From assembly GCA_965657355.1 (NCBI GenBank), contig CBFHOE010000003.1:341520-405519 (forward strand): a stretch of DNA of 64,000 bases, in the 5' to 3' direction. Below the pieces are notes generated by a model. The model searched no databases. It had not been told where the DNA came from and saw only the letters and a program-made list of their open reading frames with translations. The stretch's first letter is position 1. The number at the start of each line of letters is the position of its first letter. Both the position numbers and the translations under genes were made by a program. Positions 36,404 to 46,716 of this stretch are shown piece by piece. This stretch comes from Limisphaerales bacterium. GTDB lineage: Bacteria; Verrucomicrobiota; Verrucomicrobiia; Limisphaerales; JAJOIW01.

Positions 36404-39400
36404 ATGAAGTTTCATTTTCTCCATCTAAATAGCCTGATTTATCTCACCGGTTTATTATTTGTTTTTGGTGGCCAATACATATTAGGTCAAGAGACCAATG
36501 AGAGTATTGTTGATGAGGCTGTGAGTGATGTTTCCAAACTAAAGGCAGAATTGGTATCTGTTGAAACCCTTCTGAATGAAGCCGAACTAACGGATGAGCT
36601 CAAAAAGAAATACGAAGCTCAAATACAGGATATAAAAACAAATATAGCCGGTGTTGAGGCCAATCAGAAGGATACCAAAAATTATCAATTGGTTATTGAG
36701 AAATACCTTACTATTAAGTCTGACCTAGATTCTAAATTAAAAAATCTCAAAGAAAGTTCATCCCAGACCAATGAGGCTCAGAGTCCCGGGCGAGATCAGC
36801 AGTCCATAAATATAGAGGATCTGGATAGTGCCAAGATTGAAAATGAAATAGCAGCTTCCAAATCAAAGCAAACAACATTAAAAGCCGAACAAAAAGCCCT
36901 CGATGAAATTTATACCACACAGACCAATAGGCCCGTACAAATTGAAAAAGAACTGAGTGAATTAAAACTCCAATCTACAAGTGAAAATATGATCAGTGTC
37001 GATGGAGAAACGGATACCGGTTCGGATCTCTTGGGTATGAAATTAAATAATCTTCATTCCGATAGTAAAAAATTATTTGATATTTCTCTGGAGCAAAAGC
37101 TTAACGAAGAGCTTAATTCACATCCTCAGAGATATGCTGTTATTCAACTCCGACGGGAAATTAAATCCCTTGAAATCGAAAATTTAAATACTTCGATTGA
37201 CCGTTTGAGTGAACAGTTAAAGTTGGCGCGAGACTCCGAAGCACGGCAAGTCGAATCCGAAGCCGAGCTTGAGAGTCAAAAAATAGACACTGAAAATGAA
37301 ACAATAATAAAAATTAGAAATGACAATGTTGCCTATGCTTCAGAAAAATCCGATTTGACTGAGAAATTGAGCAAATATGAATCATTATCTGGTGCTGAGG
37401 AAACGGCTATGGAGACCTTTCGACTGGAGTTCGATAGCTTTCAACGCGAGATTGGAGACGGCGGGTCAGAGAATATTATCGCAGAGGTGCTTCTCGATTC
37501 TTTGCAAAGGTCAGAGCAAAGAATTCAAAAAGGCTTTAGTGATGATGAAGCTATCAAGGATCTGAGGAAATCCAAGCAACAAAGATTTAAATACGAAAGG
37601 CTCATCGCAGAAAATATTGAAAACGAATCTATAATTCGAAAGAAGGCGCAAAACGTAGAACTTAACGAAGAGGATCGGGTAAAACTTCTTGAATTGTTAT
37701 CAAATCAGTTAGCCTTATTACGGGGGCTAGAGGAAGGTGAAAGAAAACTAGCACTCGAAATTGCTAAAATTATATCTATTCAAGATCAATTCTCTCGATT
37801 GCTAAAAGAGAATGTGAAGTTCATAAATCGTCACTTAATGTGGGTGCCGACGTCGCGGCCGGTTTGGGAATATTCTCAATCAATGGAAATTCTTAAAAAG
37901 GAAATTCCAGCGATTAAAAATCGATCGCGCATTGTATTTTCCCGGCTCAAAAGTCGTCAGGCTCTTCTGGAGCTTACAATTACTGTCATAGCTTACCTAT
38001 TGGTCATGGGTTATTTATTGGTTAACTCGAAGTCATTTACAAATAAGCTCAATAAAAATTCAGAATCGGTAAGAAGAATATCAACGGATAAGTTCACATA
38101 CACATTTCAATCCATTTTTATTTCTTTCATTTTGCCATTTCGTGTTTCTTTGGTTTTTCTACTTGGATCGATTTGGTTGTTTAGACAATTTGATGCTCTT
38201 TCGATGGGCGGTGGTTTGGCTTATGGTCTGCTGTTCGTTTGGATATCAGTTCATTGGCATTTATTTATTAAACTCCTGGCCCGCCGTAACAGCGTCTTCG
38301 ATTGCCACTTCAAATGGAAAAATGCTTTTTATGAAAAGGGAGTGGCCAACTTGCAATGGTTTCTGCCTTTGTTTTCAGCCCTAGGCTTAATCATTGTTGT
38401 TTCCGAGATTTCCGGAGAAATTTTGCTCAGGGAGATTTTTATCGCTCCTGTGATTATCGTATTTTTAATTCTAATATTTTTCTACTACCGCTCCTCAATA
38501 GGACCTAAAGGGCTTCATTTGCACGAATTTGTTAATCGATCTGAAGTGGGTTGGTTAATTAGGTTTTGTGGATTTTGGAAGGTGTCCGGGTATGTTATTC
38601 TGTTGGCGCTCATTCTTTTGTCGGCCTCTGGTTATCAATATGCTGCCTACAATATAGGTCTCCGTATTTTAGTTTCTGGCATTTTTCTGGCCTTTGGACT
38701 TTTAGTTTATTTTTCGGGTGTTCGGTGGTTTTTAGTTAAAGAACGAAGGGTCGCCTTAGAAAAAGCTTTGGAAAAAAGGCGCGCTCAAATTGCTCAAGCT
38801 TCTGAAGAAGACAAGAGCAAAATTCAAGCTTCCCATTCAGTAGATGATGCTGATGAATTCGATTTGTCCCAAGTCCAGGGACAAACCAGAAGATTTGTAA
38901 AATCGTTATTTTCATTATACGCGCTTTTTGGTGTTTGGCTTTTGTGGGCAGACTTTTTTCCTGCACTTGAATTCCTTGAACAAGTCAAACTTTGGTCCTA
39001 CTCAGTCATGGATGGTGATCAACTGACAGATAAGTGGATTAGTTTATTCGACGTTATCCTTCTTATTGTGGTCATCATATTAACAACTACCGCCGCTAGA
39101 AATATTCCCGGAGTTATTGAGATTATCCTTCTGGAGCGGCTGCCGCTTCAGGCTGGCGTGAGATACGCAGTGACAACTGTATTTCAGTATTTGGTAGTCG
39201 CGGCGGGATTAATTATTATCTTCAACGCACTCGGTTTTAAATTTGAGCAATTCAGCTGGATTCTTGCGGCTCTTAGCTTGGGGCTCGGATTTGGCCTGCA
39301 AGAAGTAGTTGCCAATTTTGTTTGTGGGATTTTACTGCTCCTGGAGCGCCCCATTCGGGTCGGTGACATTGTCACCGTCGGAGGAACAACAGGTGTCGTA

Positions 39401-39844
39401 TCTAAAATTAGAATACGTGCGACCACAGTCACTGACTGGGATAAAAAAGAATTTATTGTTCCTAATAAAGAATTTATCACAGGAAAAATATTAAATTGGA
39501 CTCTGTCCAATAAGTTGAACAGAGTTGTGATAAAACTCGGTGTCGCGTATGGAACCAATCTCGAGCATTGTTTTAAGGTGACCCGAGACATCCTCGAGAG
39601 TCACGATGATATCTTAAGTGACCCATCACCGATGATTACTTTTGATGGCTTCTTGGATAGCTCGCTGAGTATCACGATACGTTTCTTTCTTGCCAACCTC
39701 GATAGGAGGCTGGGTGTCACCAATGAAATCCATACCCAAATTCATGATCGATTTATGCAAGAAAAAATTGAAATACCTTTCCCTCAAAGGGACATCAACA
39801 TCACCTCTGATACTGAAATCAAGGGCCCCGACATTTCATCATAG
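36404..39844 (+). CDS. MscK/KefA-like mechanosensitive channel (large periplasmic coiled coil + MscS core)
   Basis: LGLGFGLQEVVANF, ERPIRVGD, IRIRATT, VPNKEFIT, NWTLS and EIPFPQRD. Confidence 0.92.
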   Translation: MKFHFLHLNSLIYLTGLLFVFGGQYILGQETNESIVDEAVSDVSKLKAELVSVETLLNEAELTDELKKKYEAQIQDIKTNIAGVEANQKDTKNYQLVIEKYLTIKSDLDSKLKNLKESSSQTNEAQSPGRDQQSINIEDLDSAKIENEIAASKSKQTTLKAEQKALDEIYTTQTNRPVQIEKELSELKLQSTSENMISVDGETDTGSDLLGMKLNNLHSDSKKLFDISLEQKLNEELNSHPQRYAVIQLRREIKSLEIENLNTSIDRLSEQLKLARDSEARQVESEAELESQKIDTENETIIKIRNDNVAYASEKSDLTEKLSKYESLSGAEETAMETFRLEFDSFQREIGDGGSENIIAEVLLDSLQRSEQRIQKGFSDDEAIKDLRKSKQQRFKYERLIAENIENESIIRKKAQNVELNEEDRVKLLELLSNQLALLRGLEEGERKLALEIAKIISIQDQFSRLLKENVKFINRHLMWVPTSRPVWEYSQSMEILKKEIPAIKNRSRIVFSRLKSRQALLELTITVIAYLLVMGYLLVNSKSFTNKLNKNSESVRRISTDKFTYTFQSIFISFILPFRVSLVFLLGSIWLFRQFDALSMGGGLAYGLLFVWISVHWHLFIKLLARRNSVFDCHFKWKNAFYEKGVANLQWFLPLFSALGLIIVVSEISGEILLREIFIAPVIIVFLILIFFYYRSSIGPKGLHLHEFVNRSEVGWLIRFCGFWKVSGYVILLALILLSASGYQYAAYNIGLRILVSGIFLAFGLLVYFSGVRWFLVKERRVALEKALEKRRAQIAQASEEDKSKIQASHSVDDADEFDLSQVQGQTRRFVKSLFSLYALFGVWLLWADFFPALEFLEQVKLWSYSVMDGDQLTDKWISLFDVILLIVVIILTTTAARNIPGVIEIILLERLPLQAGVRYAVTTVFQYLVVAAGLIIIFNALGFKFEQFSWILAALSLGLGFGLQEVVANFVCGILLLLERPIRVGDIVTVGGTTGVVSKIRIRATTVTDWDKKEFIVPNKEFITGKILNWTLSNKLNRVVIKLGVAYGTNLEHCFKVTRDILESHDDILSDPSPMITFDGFLDSSLSITIRFFLANLDRRLGVTNEIHTQIHDRFMQEKIEIPFPQRDINITSDTEIKGPDISS

Positions 39845-39904
39845 TATTTTTATGAAGAATGTATTCCCCAAAAGCTCTACTTTCTGATAAGCAATCTGTA
39901 GGTT

Positions 39905-41188
39905 ATGCAGAATATTATCGATGAGCTCGAATGGAGGGGCTTATATGCAGATTGCACTGATTTAGAAGGATTAAGAAAAAGGCTCGCTGATGGGCCTGTC
40001 ACTTTATACTGTGGATTTGACCCCACTGCCGACAGCCTTCATGTGGGAAACCTCGTTCCACTTCTTACCTTAAGAAGGTTTCAATTAGCTGGGCATTCTC
40101 CAATTGCTCTTGCTGGAGGCGCTACTGGACTTATCGGTGATCCATCCGGGAAATCGAGTGAAAGAAACCTTCTCACCCGTGAGTCGTTGCAAACCAATGT
40201 TGACGGAGTTGAGCCTCAACTCAAAAAATTCTTGGACTTTGATTCTTCATCAAATCCTGCGCAGCTTAAAAATAATGCGGATTGGACGGCCCCGATGTCC
40301 TATCTCGACTTTCTTAGGGATATTGGAAAGCACTTTAGCATTAATATGATGGTGAATAAGGAGAGCGTCAGGGCTCGAATGCAAGATCGCGACAGCGGGA
40401 TCAGCTACACGGAATTTAGTTATATGCTGCTTCAAGCGTTTGATTTCTATGTATTACAAAAAGAACATCATTGTGATTTACAAATTGGTGGATCTGATCA
40501 ATGGGGGAACATCACCGCAGGGATGGACCTGTGTAAAAAGAAAAACGGTAAATCTGCATACGGCCTCACATTACCACTTATCACAAACTCAGACGGTTCA
40601 AAATTTGGCAAAAGTGTCGATGGTGCTGTCTGGCTGAGTTCAGAAAAAACTAGTCCTTATAAGTTTTATCAATTCTGGATTAATGTGGACGACCGGGACA
40701 TTATTAAGTTTTTAAAATTCTTTACCTTTTTGGACAAAGAAACGATCGAGGAGCTTGCAACCAAACACAGCGAGAATCCTGGCCGGCGTGAAGCTCATAG
40801 GAGACTGGCCAAAGAGATGACCGATCTGATTCATGGCGAATCTGCAACTGAGGAAGCAATCAAAGCTAGCCAAATACTCTTCGGAGGCGGGCTTGATGGA
40901 ATTACTAAATCAATTTTTCTGGAAATAGCCGGGGAAGTGCCAACTATCAATATGCCCCTAAGCGAATTTGATGGAGATGGGATTGGCTTATTGGATCTTC
41001 TTGTTAGGTCGAAGCTATGTCAATCGAAAGGCCAGGCTCGAAAAGATGTACAGGGTGGGGGAGTTAATATTAATAATATCCGGCAAAGTGACCCCTTACT
41101 TTTCGTCGCTAAAAGTCACCTTTTGTTCGACCAATATATCTTACTAAGAAAAGGTAAGAAAAACTATGTCGTGGTGAATGCTCAATAA
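39905..41188 (+). CDS. tyrS: Tyrosine--tRNA ligase
   Basis: YCGFDPTADSLHVGN (HIGH), QIGGSDQWGNI, KFGKS (KMSKS) and an S4-like C-terminus. Confidence 0.98.
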   Translation: MQNIIDELEWRGLYADCTDLEGLRKRLADGPVTLYCGFDPTADSLHVGNLVPLLTLRRFQLAGHSPIALAGGATGLIGDPSGKSSERNLLTRESLQTNVDGVEPQLKKFLDFDSSSNPAQLKNNADWTAPMSYLDFLRDIGKHFSINMMVNKESVRARMQDRDSGISYTEFSYMLLQAFDFYVLQKEHHCDLQIGGSDQWGNITAGMDLCKKKNGKSAYGLTLPLITNSDGSKFGKSVDGAVWLSSEKTSPYKFYQFWINVDDRDIIKFLKFFTFLDKETIEELATKHSENPGRREAHRRLAKEMTDLIHGESATEEAIKASQILFGGGLDGITKSIFLEIAGEVPTINMPLSEFDGDGIGLLDLLVRSKLCQSKGQARKDVQGGGVNINNIRQSDPLLFVAKSHLLFDQYILLRKGKKNYVVVNAQ

Positions 41189-42046
41189 TTAGGGTAGGGA
41201 TGATGTTTTCATGAGCTCCCATAGTTTCGAATGCATGAGCTCCGCCATTGGGGAGACAGGAAAAAATTTCTTATCAATTTGTGAGATGGCACGAACGCCC
41301 TTCACGCTATTGGTTAAAAGAAGCGTCGTGTTGTCAGGAAGTTGAGAAAGTCCAATTCTTACTTGCCGATGTTTTATTCCTAGAGATTCGGCTACTTTAA
41401 TGAGGACGGGAGCTGTTGTGCCAGGCAGAGCTCCGCAGTCCGCTGATGGACAAATGAGAGTGTTTTCATCTTCTATATATCCGAAGAAATTCCCACTAGC
41501 CCATTCCGCAATATGGTTGCTTTCATTTAAAATGAGAGCTTCATCGTAACCTTGGTTTTGGGCTTCTAAGGCAGCCATTACGTAATTTAGTCTGCTTGTC
41601 GACTTAATCATTTGTAAGGGATCCTTTGAGTAGATTTTTATGGAGGAAAGTGACGAACGAATCGAATTAAAATCCCTGCCGGAGTCCGGCCGGAGATAAA
41701 TCGTTTTAAGGCATACCCCATCTGGTTTCGGGATGTATCCGATCGATTCTGAGCCACGGGATATAGCAATCCTGGCCACAGCATCAGATTTTCCCGTTTT
41801 ATTAATCAATGCCGCGATTCCTCCCAAAAGTTCCTCCGAAGATACTTCAGTATTGAATTTGCAGAAATTTAATCCATGCGAAAGGCGCTCCATGTGGCTA
41901 TCCCAATTCAAAGCTTTTTTGCCAATGATTTTGACAGTTTCGAAAAGCCCATCACCTAATGAAAAAGATCGATCGCGGGGAGAAATCGGAGTGATTTCCT
42001 CCGATTTCAGCTTTCCATTCACCCAAAACTCATTATAAAATTTCAT
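41189..42046 (-). CDS. Aminotransferase class IV (PabC/branched-chain-like)
   Basis: DRSFSLGDGLFET, HMERL, PLP lysine IKST, EWASGNFF, LPGTT and TNSVKG. Confidence 0.88.
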   Translation of the reverse strand: MKFYNEFWVNGKLKSEEITPISPRDRSFSLGDGLFETVKIIGKKALNWDSHMERLSHGLNFCKFNTEVSSEELLGGIAALINKTGKSDAVARIAISRGSESIGYIPKPDGVCLKTIYLRPDSGRDFNSIRSSLSSIKIYSKDPLQMIKSTSRLNYVMAALEAQNQGYDEALILNESNHIAEWASGNFFGYIEDENTLICPSADCGALPGTTAPVLIKVAESLGIKHRQVRIGLSQLPDNTTLLLTNSVKGVRAISQIDKKFFPVSPMAELMHSKLWELMKTSSLP

Positions 42047-42148
42047 TTTAATTTTATTTCATTATCTTTTCTCGAGTTCTTTTTGAAAAGTGTGTAACAT
42101 TTTTAATTAAATTGCATCAATTACGCATAATAGTTTTACGAGTAAATT

Positions 42149-42802
42149 ATGGCGATCAGTATATTGTTAGCCGATGATCACAAGGTCATGCGCCAGGGTT
42201 TAGCGGCCATGATTGACAAAGAACCAGGAATGTCAGTGGTAGGACAGGCTTCTGACGGAAGAGCTGCGCTCCAGCTCGTCGAGAAACTGCGCCCCAATGT
42301 GGCCGTCCTTGATCTCATGATGCCAACACTTAATGGAGTCGAGGCTACACGTCAGATTATTGAGCACTGTCCGCATACACGGCCGCTAATGCTGACAATG
42401 AATGATGATCAGCGATCTGTTTCCAGGGCTATTGAAGCTGGTGCCTGCGGGTTCGTTGTTAAGGACAATGCCTTTGACGAGGTTGTTAAGGCTATTCAAA
42501 CAGTGGCATCAGGCCAAGTTTATCTCAGTCCATCTATTGCGGGCGGAGTCGTAAGTGGGTTTCGCAGGAAAACAATTTCACCGCAAGCCCAACAAGACAA
42601 CAACTTCGATCTTTCTTCGCGTGAGCTTGAGGTGCTTCAGTTGCTGGCTGAAGGTCATACTACCAAAGAAACCGCCAGCCTTCTTGGGGTCAGTCCTAAG
42701 ACTATCGAGAGTCACCGACTAAAACTCTTCAAGAAACTCAACGTTAGCAATGCGGTTCAACTTGCGAGGTATGCCATCAGGGAAGGTATCATCCCGCCGT
42801 GA
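42149..42802 (+). CDS. NarL/LuxR family response regulator (orphan in this window)
   Basis: LADDH...LDLMMP receiver domain, and LSSRELEVLQLLAEG...KTIESHR HTH. Confidence 0.95.
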   Translation: MAISILLADDHKVMRQGLAAMIDKEPGMSVVGQASDGRAALQLVEKLRPNVAVLDLMMPTLNGVEATRQIIEHCPHTRPLMLTMNDDQRSVSRAIEAGACGFVVKDNAFDEVVKAIQTVASGQVYLSPSIAGGVVSGFRRKTISPQAQQDNNFDLSSRELEVLQLLAEGHTTKETASLLGVSPKTIESHRLKLFKKLNVSNAVQLARYAIREGIIPP

Positions 42803-42899
42803 TTGGTATTTGGTCCCCTTCATACGCTTCATTTATCCCATTAAAAAACGTATCTGAATATCTTGCGTAATCTGATCGTTCCTTGACTTAAATAGCCAC

Positions 42900-44108
42900 C
42901 TATTGATTTACGATCTCGGTCATTTTGAAGATCGGTAGGAACATGGCAAGAACAATGCCCCCTATTGTCACGCCCAAGAAGACAATGAGCATTGGCTCAA
43001 TCAGTGAACTCAGCCCGGATAGGGTGGTCTCGACTTCGTCGTCTAAAACATTCGCGACTCGTTCCATCATTTCATCGATCTTACCTGTCTGCTCGCCTGC
43101 AGTCACCATTTGTAGGGTCATGGTAGGAAATATTGAATTCTTTGCTAAAGAAGACGAAAGAGATTCGCCGATCCTTACTTTTTCAGCAGTTCTCAAAATA
43201 GCTGATTCCATTTTCACATTGCCTACGGTTCTCGAAACTATTTCCAAGACCTCGATTAAGGGAACCCCAGATTTAACCAGAGTTGACGTCGTTCTATTAA
43301 ATCGTGACAGGCTGACTTTATGCATCAATGGCCCAAAAATAGGTATTTTTAATCGAGCTGCATCCCAGAGTGCCCTACCAGTAGGTGTTTTGATTGCCAA
43401 TTTGAATCCTGCAATGAGTCCAATAAGGAGGAAAAAGAGACCAAATATATTGGATTTCAGGAACCCACTTACATCTAGCAAAATTTGAGTGGGTGCGGGT
43501 AGATCCGCTCCAAATCCCGCAAAGATTTTTTCGAATTGAGGCACGACTTGAACTAACAAGAAAGTTGTTATAATGAGAGCGATCGAAATCACAATAACAG
43601 GATATGTTGTAGCCGATTTGACCTTTTTTCTCAGCCTTTCAGCACTTTCGAGGTAGTTGGCCAATCTTGCTAGGATATTGGCAAGATTCCCACTTTTCTC
43701 TCCTGCTTCCACCATCGCCATATAAAGTTTAGTAAAATGTTTCCTATAAGACTGCAGGGCTTCTGAGAAAGTAGATCCCGACTCAATCTTTGAGGTGATT
43801 CCTTCGATGACTTTTTTCAAATATTTATTATTTGTTTGCTCAGATAGTCCCTGGAGCGAGACGATGAGAGAAAGTCCAGAATCGATCATTGTTGCGAGCT
43901 GTCGGGTAAAAAGGCTGAGCTCACTTGCTGAAATTGTGCCAGTTGCCTTTGCTGCCGCTTCGGCGGCTTTGCTCTCCTCGATCTCTATGACCAAGAGGTC
44001 GCGCTTCAAGAGTTCGGCTATAGCTGTCTGCTTATTGTCCGCAACAATCACTTTTGTGAATTCGCGGCCACTCATTGAGTCACGTGCTGTGTAATAGAAT
44101 GTCGACAT
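42900..44108 (-). CDS. pilC: Type IV pilus / T2SS inner-membrane platform protein (PilC/GspF)
   Basis: FTRQLATMIDSG, AGEKSGNL, AGEQTGKID, LIEP and AMFLPIF. Confidence 0.9.
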   Translation of the reverse strand: MSTFYYTARDSMSGREFTKVIVADNKQTAIAELLKRDLLVIEIEESKAAEAAAKATGTISASELSLFTRQLATMIDSGLSLIVSLQGLSEQTNNKYLKKVIEGITSKIESGSTFSEALQSYRKHFTKLYMAMVEAGEKSGNLANILARLANYLESAERLRKKVKSATTYPVIVISIALIITTFLLVQVVPQFEKIFAGFGADLPAPTQILLDVSGFLKSNIFGLFFLLIGLIAGFKLAIKTPTGRALWDAARLKIPIFGPLMHKVSLSRFNRTTSTLVKSGVPLIEVLEIVSRTVGNVKMESAILRTAEKVRIGESLSSSLAKNSIFPTMTLQMVTAGEQTGKIDEMMERVANVLDDEVETTLSGLSSLIEPMLIVFLGVTIGGIVLAMFLPIFKMTEIVNQ

Positions 44109-44137
44109 AGACCAATTGTATAATGATCAACACTTTA

Positions 44138-44164
44138 CAATCGGCATATGAAGAACATTCCTTA
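44138..44164 (-). promoter_or_regulatory. Putative sigma28 (FliA/WhiG)-type promoter of pilC
   Basis: Minus strand TAAG-N15-GCCGATTG against the consensus TAAA-N15-GCCGATAA, 30 bp before the ATG. Confidence 0.55.
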
Positions 44165-44186
44165 AGACCCCGTTGCCGGGGATCTT
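44164..44186 (-). terminator. Hairpin after ffh (possible terminator)
   Basis: Minus strand AAGATCCCCG-GCAA-CGGGGTCTT with a GNRA loop. The U-tract is weak. Confidence 0.55.
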
Positions 44187-44222
44187 CCTTCTTCAGAATT
44201 CAAAATCCTCTAGCAGATAGGT

Positions 44223-45569
44223 CTATCTTTTGAGCATGCCCGGAACCCCACCACCCATTTTTGACATCATCTTCTGAAATTTGCCCATTTGTTTCATCAT
44301 TTTCTGCATCTGAACGAACTCTTTCAGCATATTATTGAGCTTAGTAACGCTTGTGCCAGACCCTTTGGCTATTCTTTGCTTTCTCTTGGCATTCAAGATT
44401 TTTGGATTGAGGCGTTCTTTTGGCGTCATAGAACAAATCATTGCCTCCATATGCTTCAAATCTTTCTCCGCTTTATCAATGTCCTTTTGCTGGACGTTGT
44501 TTGCCGCCCCGGGAAGCATGTTCACAACTGATTCCAATGAGCCTAATTTTTTCATCTGCTGCAATTGCTCTAAGAAATCTTCCATCGTGAAGACGCCTTT
44601 TCGCATCTTTGCTTCCATTTTTTTGGCTTGCTCTTCATCCACTGCTTCAGCAGCTTTTTCAACCAAGCTGACGACATCCCCCATTCCCAAAATTCGACCT
44701 GCGATTCTTTCTGGATGGAAGGGTTCAAAGGCTTCCAGTTTTTCCCCGGTTCCTGCAAATTTTATGGGTTTCCCCGTCACGGCTTTCATACTTAAGGCCG
44801 CCCCGCCTCGAGCATCACCATCTAATTTTGTGAGTACGCAACCTGTAATGGATAACGCTTCATCAAAATGAGTTGCCACATTTACAGCCTCCTGTCCTGT
44901 GGCAGCATCAAGAACGAGCATTATCTCATGGGGGCTTACCTCTTTTTTGAGTCTTACCAACTCTTGAACTAAATCCTGATCAATCTGGAGTCGGCCAGCG
45001 GTATCATAGATTATGACGTCAGCTGAAGCTTCCTCTGCTGCTTTTTTAGCCTTTTTTGCGATCTTGATGACGTCAGTTTCACCCTTCATGACATGGACTG
45101 GGACATCTATTTGTTCCCCTAGAGTCTGCAGTTGGTCCATGGCAGCAGGGCGATAGACATCAGCAGCTACAAGCATTGGCCGCTTACCCTCTTTTTGCAG
45201 AAGTTTGGCTAATTTGCCACTCGACGTTGTTTTTCCCGAACCATGCAGGCCCACCATCATCAGAACCGTTGGCCCTTTTTTAGAGATTTGAAGGGCACTA
45301 TGCTCAGATCCCAGCAAATTCACCATCTCGTCATTGATTATTTTGATAATCTGCTGGCCTGGCTGGATGCTTTGAATGACCTTCTCACCAATCGCTTTTT
45401 CCTTAACACTATTTATGAACTGCTTGACTACCTTGAAGTTGACATCAGCCTCCAAAAGAGACAGGCGAACCTCACGCAGTGCATCACTCACGTTGGAGTC
45501 ATTTATTTTGCCATGACCCCTTAAATTTTTGAATACTTCCTGGAATTTGCCGCTAAGCGAATCAAACAT
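44223..45569 (-). CDS. ffh: Signal recognition particle protein
   Basis: LLEADVN, GLHGSGKTT, DVYRPAA, DTAGR, TKLDGDARGG and a Met-rich M domain. Confidence 0.98.
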   Translation of the reverse strand: MFDSLSGKFQEVFKNLRGHGKINDSNVSDALREVRLSLLEADVNFKVVKQFINSVKEKAIGEKVIQSIQPGQQIIKIINDEMVNLLGSEHSALQISKKGPTVLMMVGLHGSGKTTSSGKLAKLLQKEGKRPMLVAADVYRPAAMDQLQTLGEQIDVPVHVMKGETDVIKIAKKAKKAAEEASADVIIYDTAGRLQIDQDLVQELVRLKKEVSPHEIMLVLDAATGQEAVNVATHFDEALSITGCVLTKLDGDARGGAALSMKAVTGKPIKFAGTGEKLEAFEPFHPERIAGRILGMGDVVSLVEKAAEAVDEEQAKKMEAKMRKGVFTMEDFLEQLQQMKKLGSLESVVNMLPGAANNVQQKDIDKAEKDLKHMEAMICSMTPKERLNPKILNAKRKQRIAKGSGTSVTKLNNMLKEFVQMQKMMKQMGKFQKMMSKMGGGVPGMLKR

Positions 45570-45597
45570 AGTGTCACTTTAGTTGGTATCTTTTCCG

Positions 45598-45626
45598 TTG
45601 ACAAGCTTGACGAACAGTGCCATTTT
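45598..45626 (+). promoter_or_regulatory. Sigma70 promoter of tRNA-Tyr
   Basis: TTGACA-N17-CATTTT with an extended TG, followed by GC-rich CGTCGGCCC, 24 bp before the tRNA. Confidence 0.65.
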
Positions 45627-45650
45627 CGTCGGCCCTTTAGTTGTATTTAA

Positions 45651-45735
45651 GGTAGGATACCCAAGTGGCCAACGGGGGGAGACTGTAAATCTTCTGGCTT
45701 AGCCTTCGCAGGTTCGAATCCTGCTCCTACCACCA
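45651..45735 (+). tRNA. tRNA-Tyr (GTA)
   Basis: Acceptor stem GGTAGGA/TCCTACC + A + CCA; anticodon arm GGAGA-CTGTAAA-TCTTC; long variable arm GGC-TTA-GCC; T arm GCAGG-TTCGAAT-CCTGC. Confidence 0.97.
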
Positions 45736-45766
45736 CCTATCTTCTAAGGAAACCTCAACAGGCCCA

Positions 45767-46361
45767 ATGCTTTCTTGCGTTTCTTCGAATTCGGGTCAAA
45801 ATCTAAAAGCTAATTTAAAACCAAAAATTCCAGTCAAAGCTGGAAGAAAAGGTCCGATGCCGAAATTTCTACTGACAATAGGTAGAAAACCAAATCATGT
45901 CATGGTCTATCAAACTGGATCAGGGAGGTTTTTAGTTAAGTGGAAACAAGTAGGCAAGTGGAAAACTACAACAAAGGCCACTCTTAAAGACGCTCAAAAT
46001 TTTGCTCAGCCCATCAGTGATAAAAAGAAAGTAGACGCATTACCTGCAACAATACCTAAGCAGTCCGAGGTCCAAATTCTGAATGAGATTAAGACTCAAA
46101 CAAAGAGGCTTGGAGTAACTGTAATAGCTGCATTTGAAGAGTATAAAAATGCCAAAGAAATCCTACCAGAGGGATACTCACTGGTTGATGCAGCAAAAGC
46201 TTTAAAAGAAAAGATCAGGACAAGAGTTTTATTCCAAAATATCGGACGATTTATCCAGGTATAAATTAGGGTATCGAATCGATTTTGATTCACATTTCAA
46301 CTTTAAAAAGAGTGAGACCGGTAATCAGGCTTATCAATGATCAATTCCAAAATTTAAAATA
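45767..46361 (+). pseudogene. Probable decayed tyrosine integrase (N-terminal remnant)
   Basis: Lies directly 3' of the tRNA. The basic arm-binding-like segment FLVKWKQVGKWKTTTKATLKDAQNFA and helical EYKNAKEILPEGYSLVDAAK end at a stop at 46264. Another frame continues STLKRVRPVIRLINDQF. No catalytic R-H-R-Y domain was found. Confidence 0.55.
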
Positions 46362-46716
46362 GACGACTGGCAGCCCAAGGCATGAAGGAGAATTACATTT
46401 GCGCATAGATTTACTGATACAATTTAATATGTGCCAATGTAGTGTGGGCCTTTCAATTTTATCTTCATGGATTTAAAGAAGACCGTCTCTGGATTTTTCC
46501 CAGTAACCGATAGCATTATGCCAGCCTTCACCAAATTGGTGTTGTGATGATGGGGTAAACCATTTTGATTTGGCAAGACTTCCGGTGGACTGTTTTCAAA
46601 AGCCGGCCGATCATATCGAAATAGGCGATCAATTCGTTTTGGCATTCATTAGAATTGTGTATGTAGGCAAGATTCGCACCTCATAAATATAAACAGTTGC
46701 TTTTTATCTTGGACAC

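Noticed and set aside
5087..41191. Convergent genes with directly abutting stop codons (5089/5090 and 41188/41189)
   Set aside because: This is consistent with ordinary genome compaction, and there is no evidence of antisense regulation.
42925..44871. Long antisense ORFs (187 aa and 178 aa) over pilC and ffh, and the many other short overlapping ORFs in the track, including 669..935
   Set aside because: They are shadow frames of well-supported genes and carry no motifs of their own.
39905..45735. Functional clustering of tyrS, tRNA-Tyr and the Tyr-rich Wzc
   Set aside because: They are separated by unrelated genes on both strands, and I saw no T-box or shared element. Probably coincidence.
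46424..46645. 73-aa minus-strand ORF as an integrase catalytic fragment
   Set aside because: It lies on the opposite strand to the remnant and lacks the H-x-x-R and Tyr motifs.
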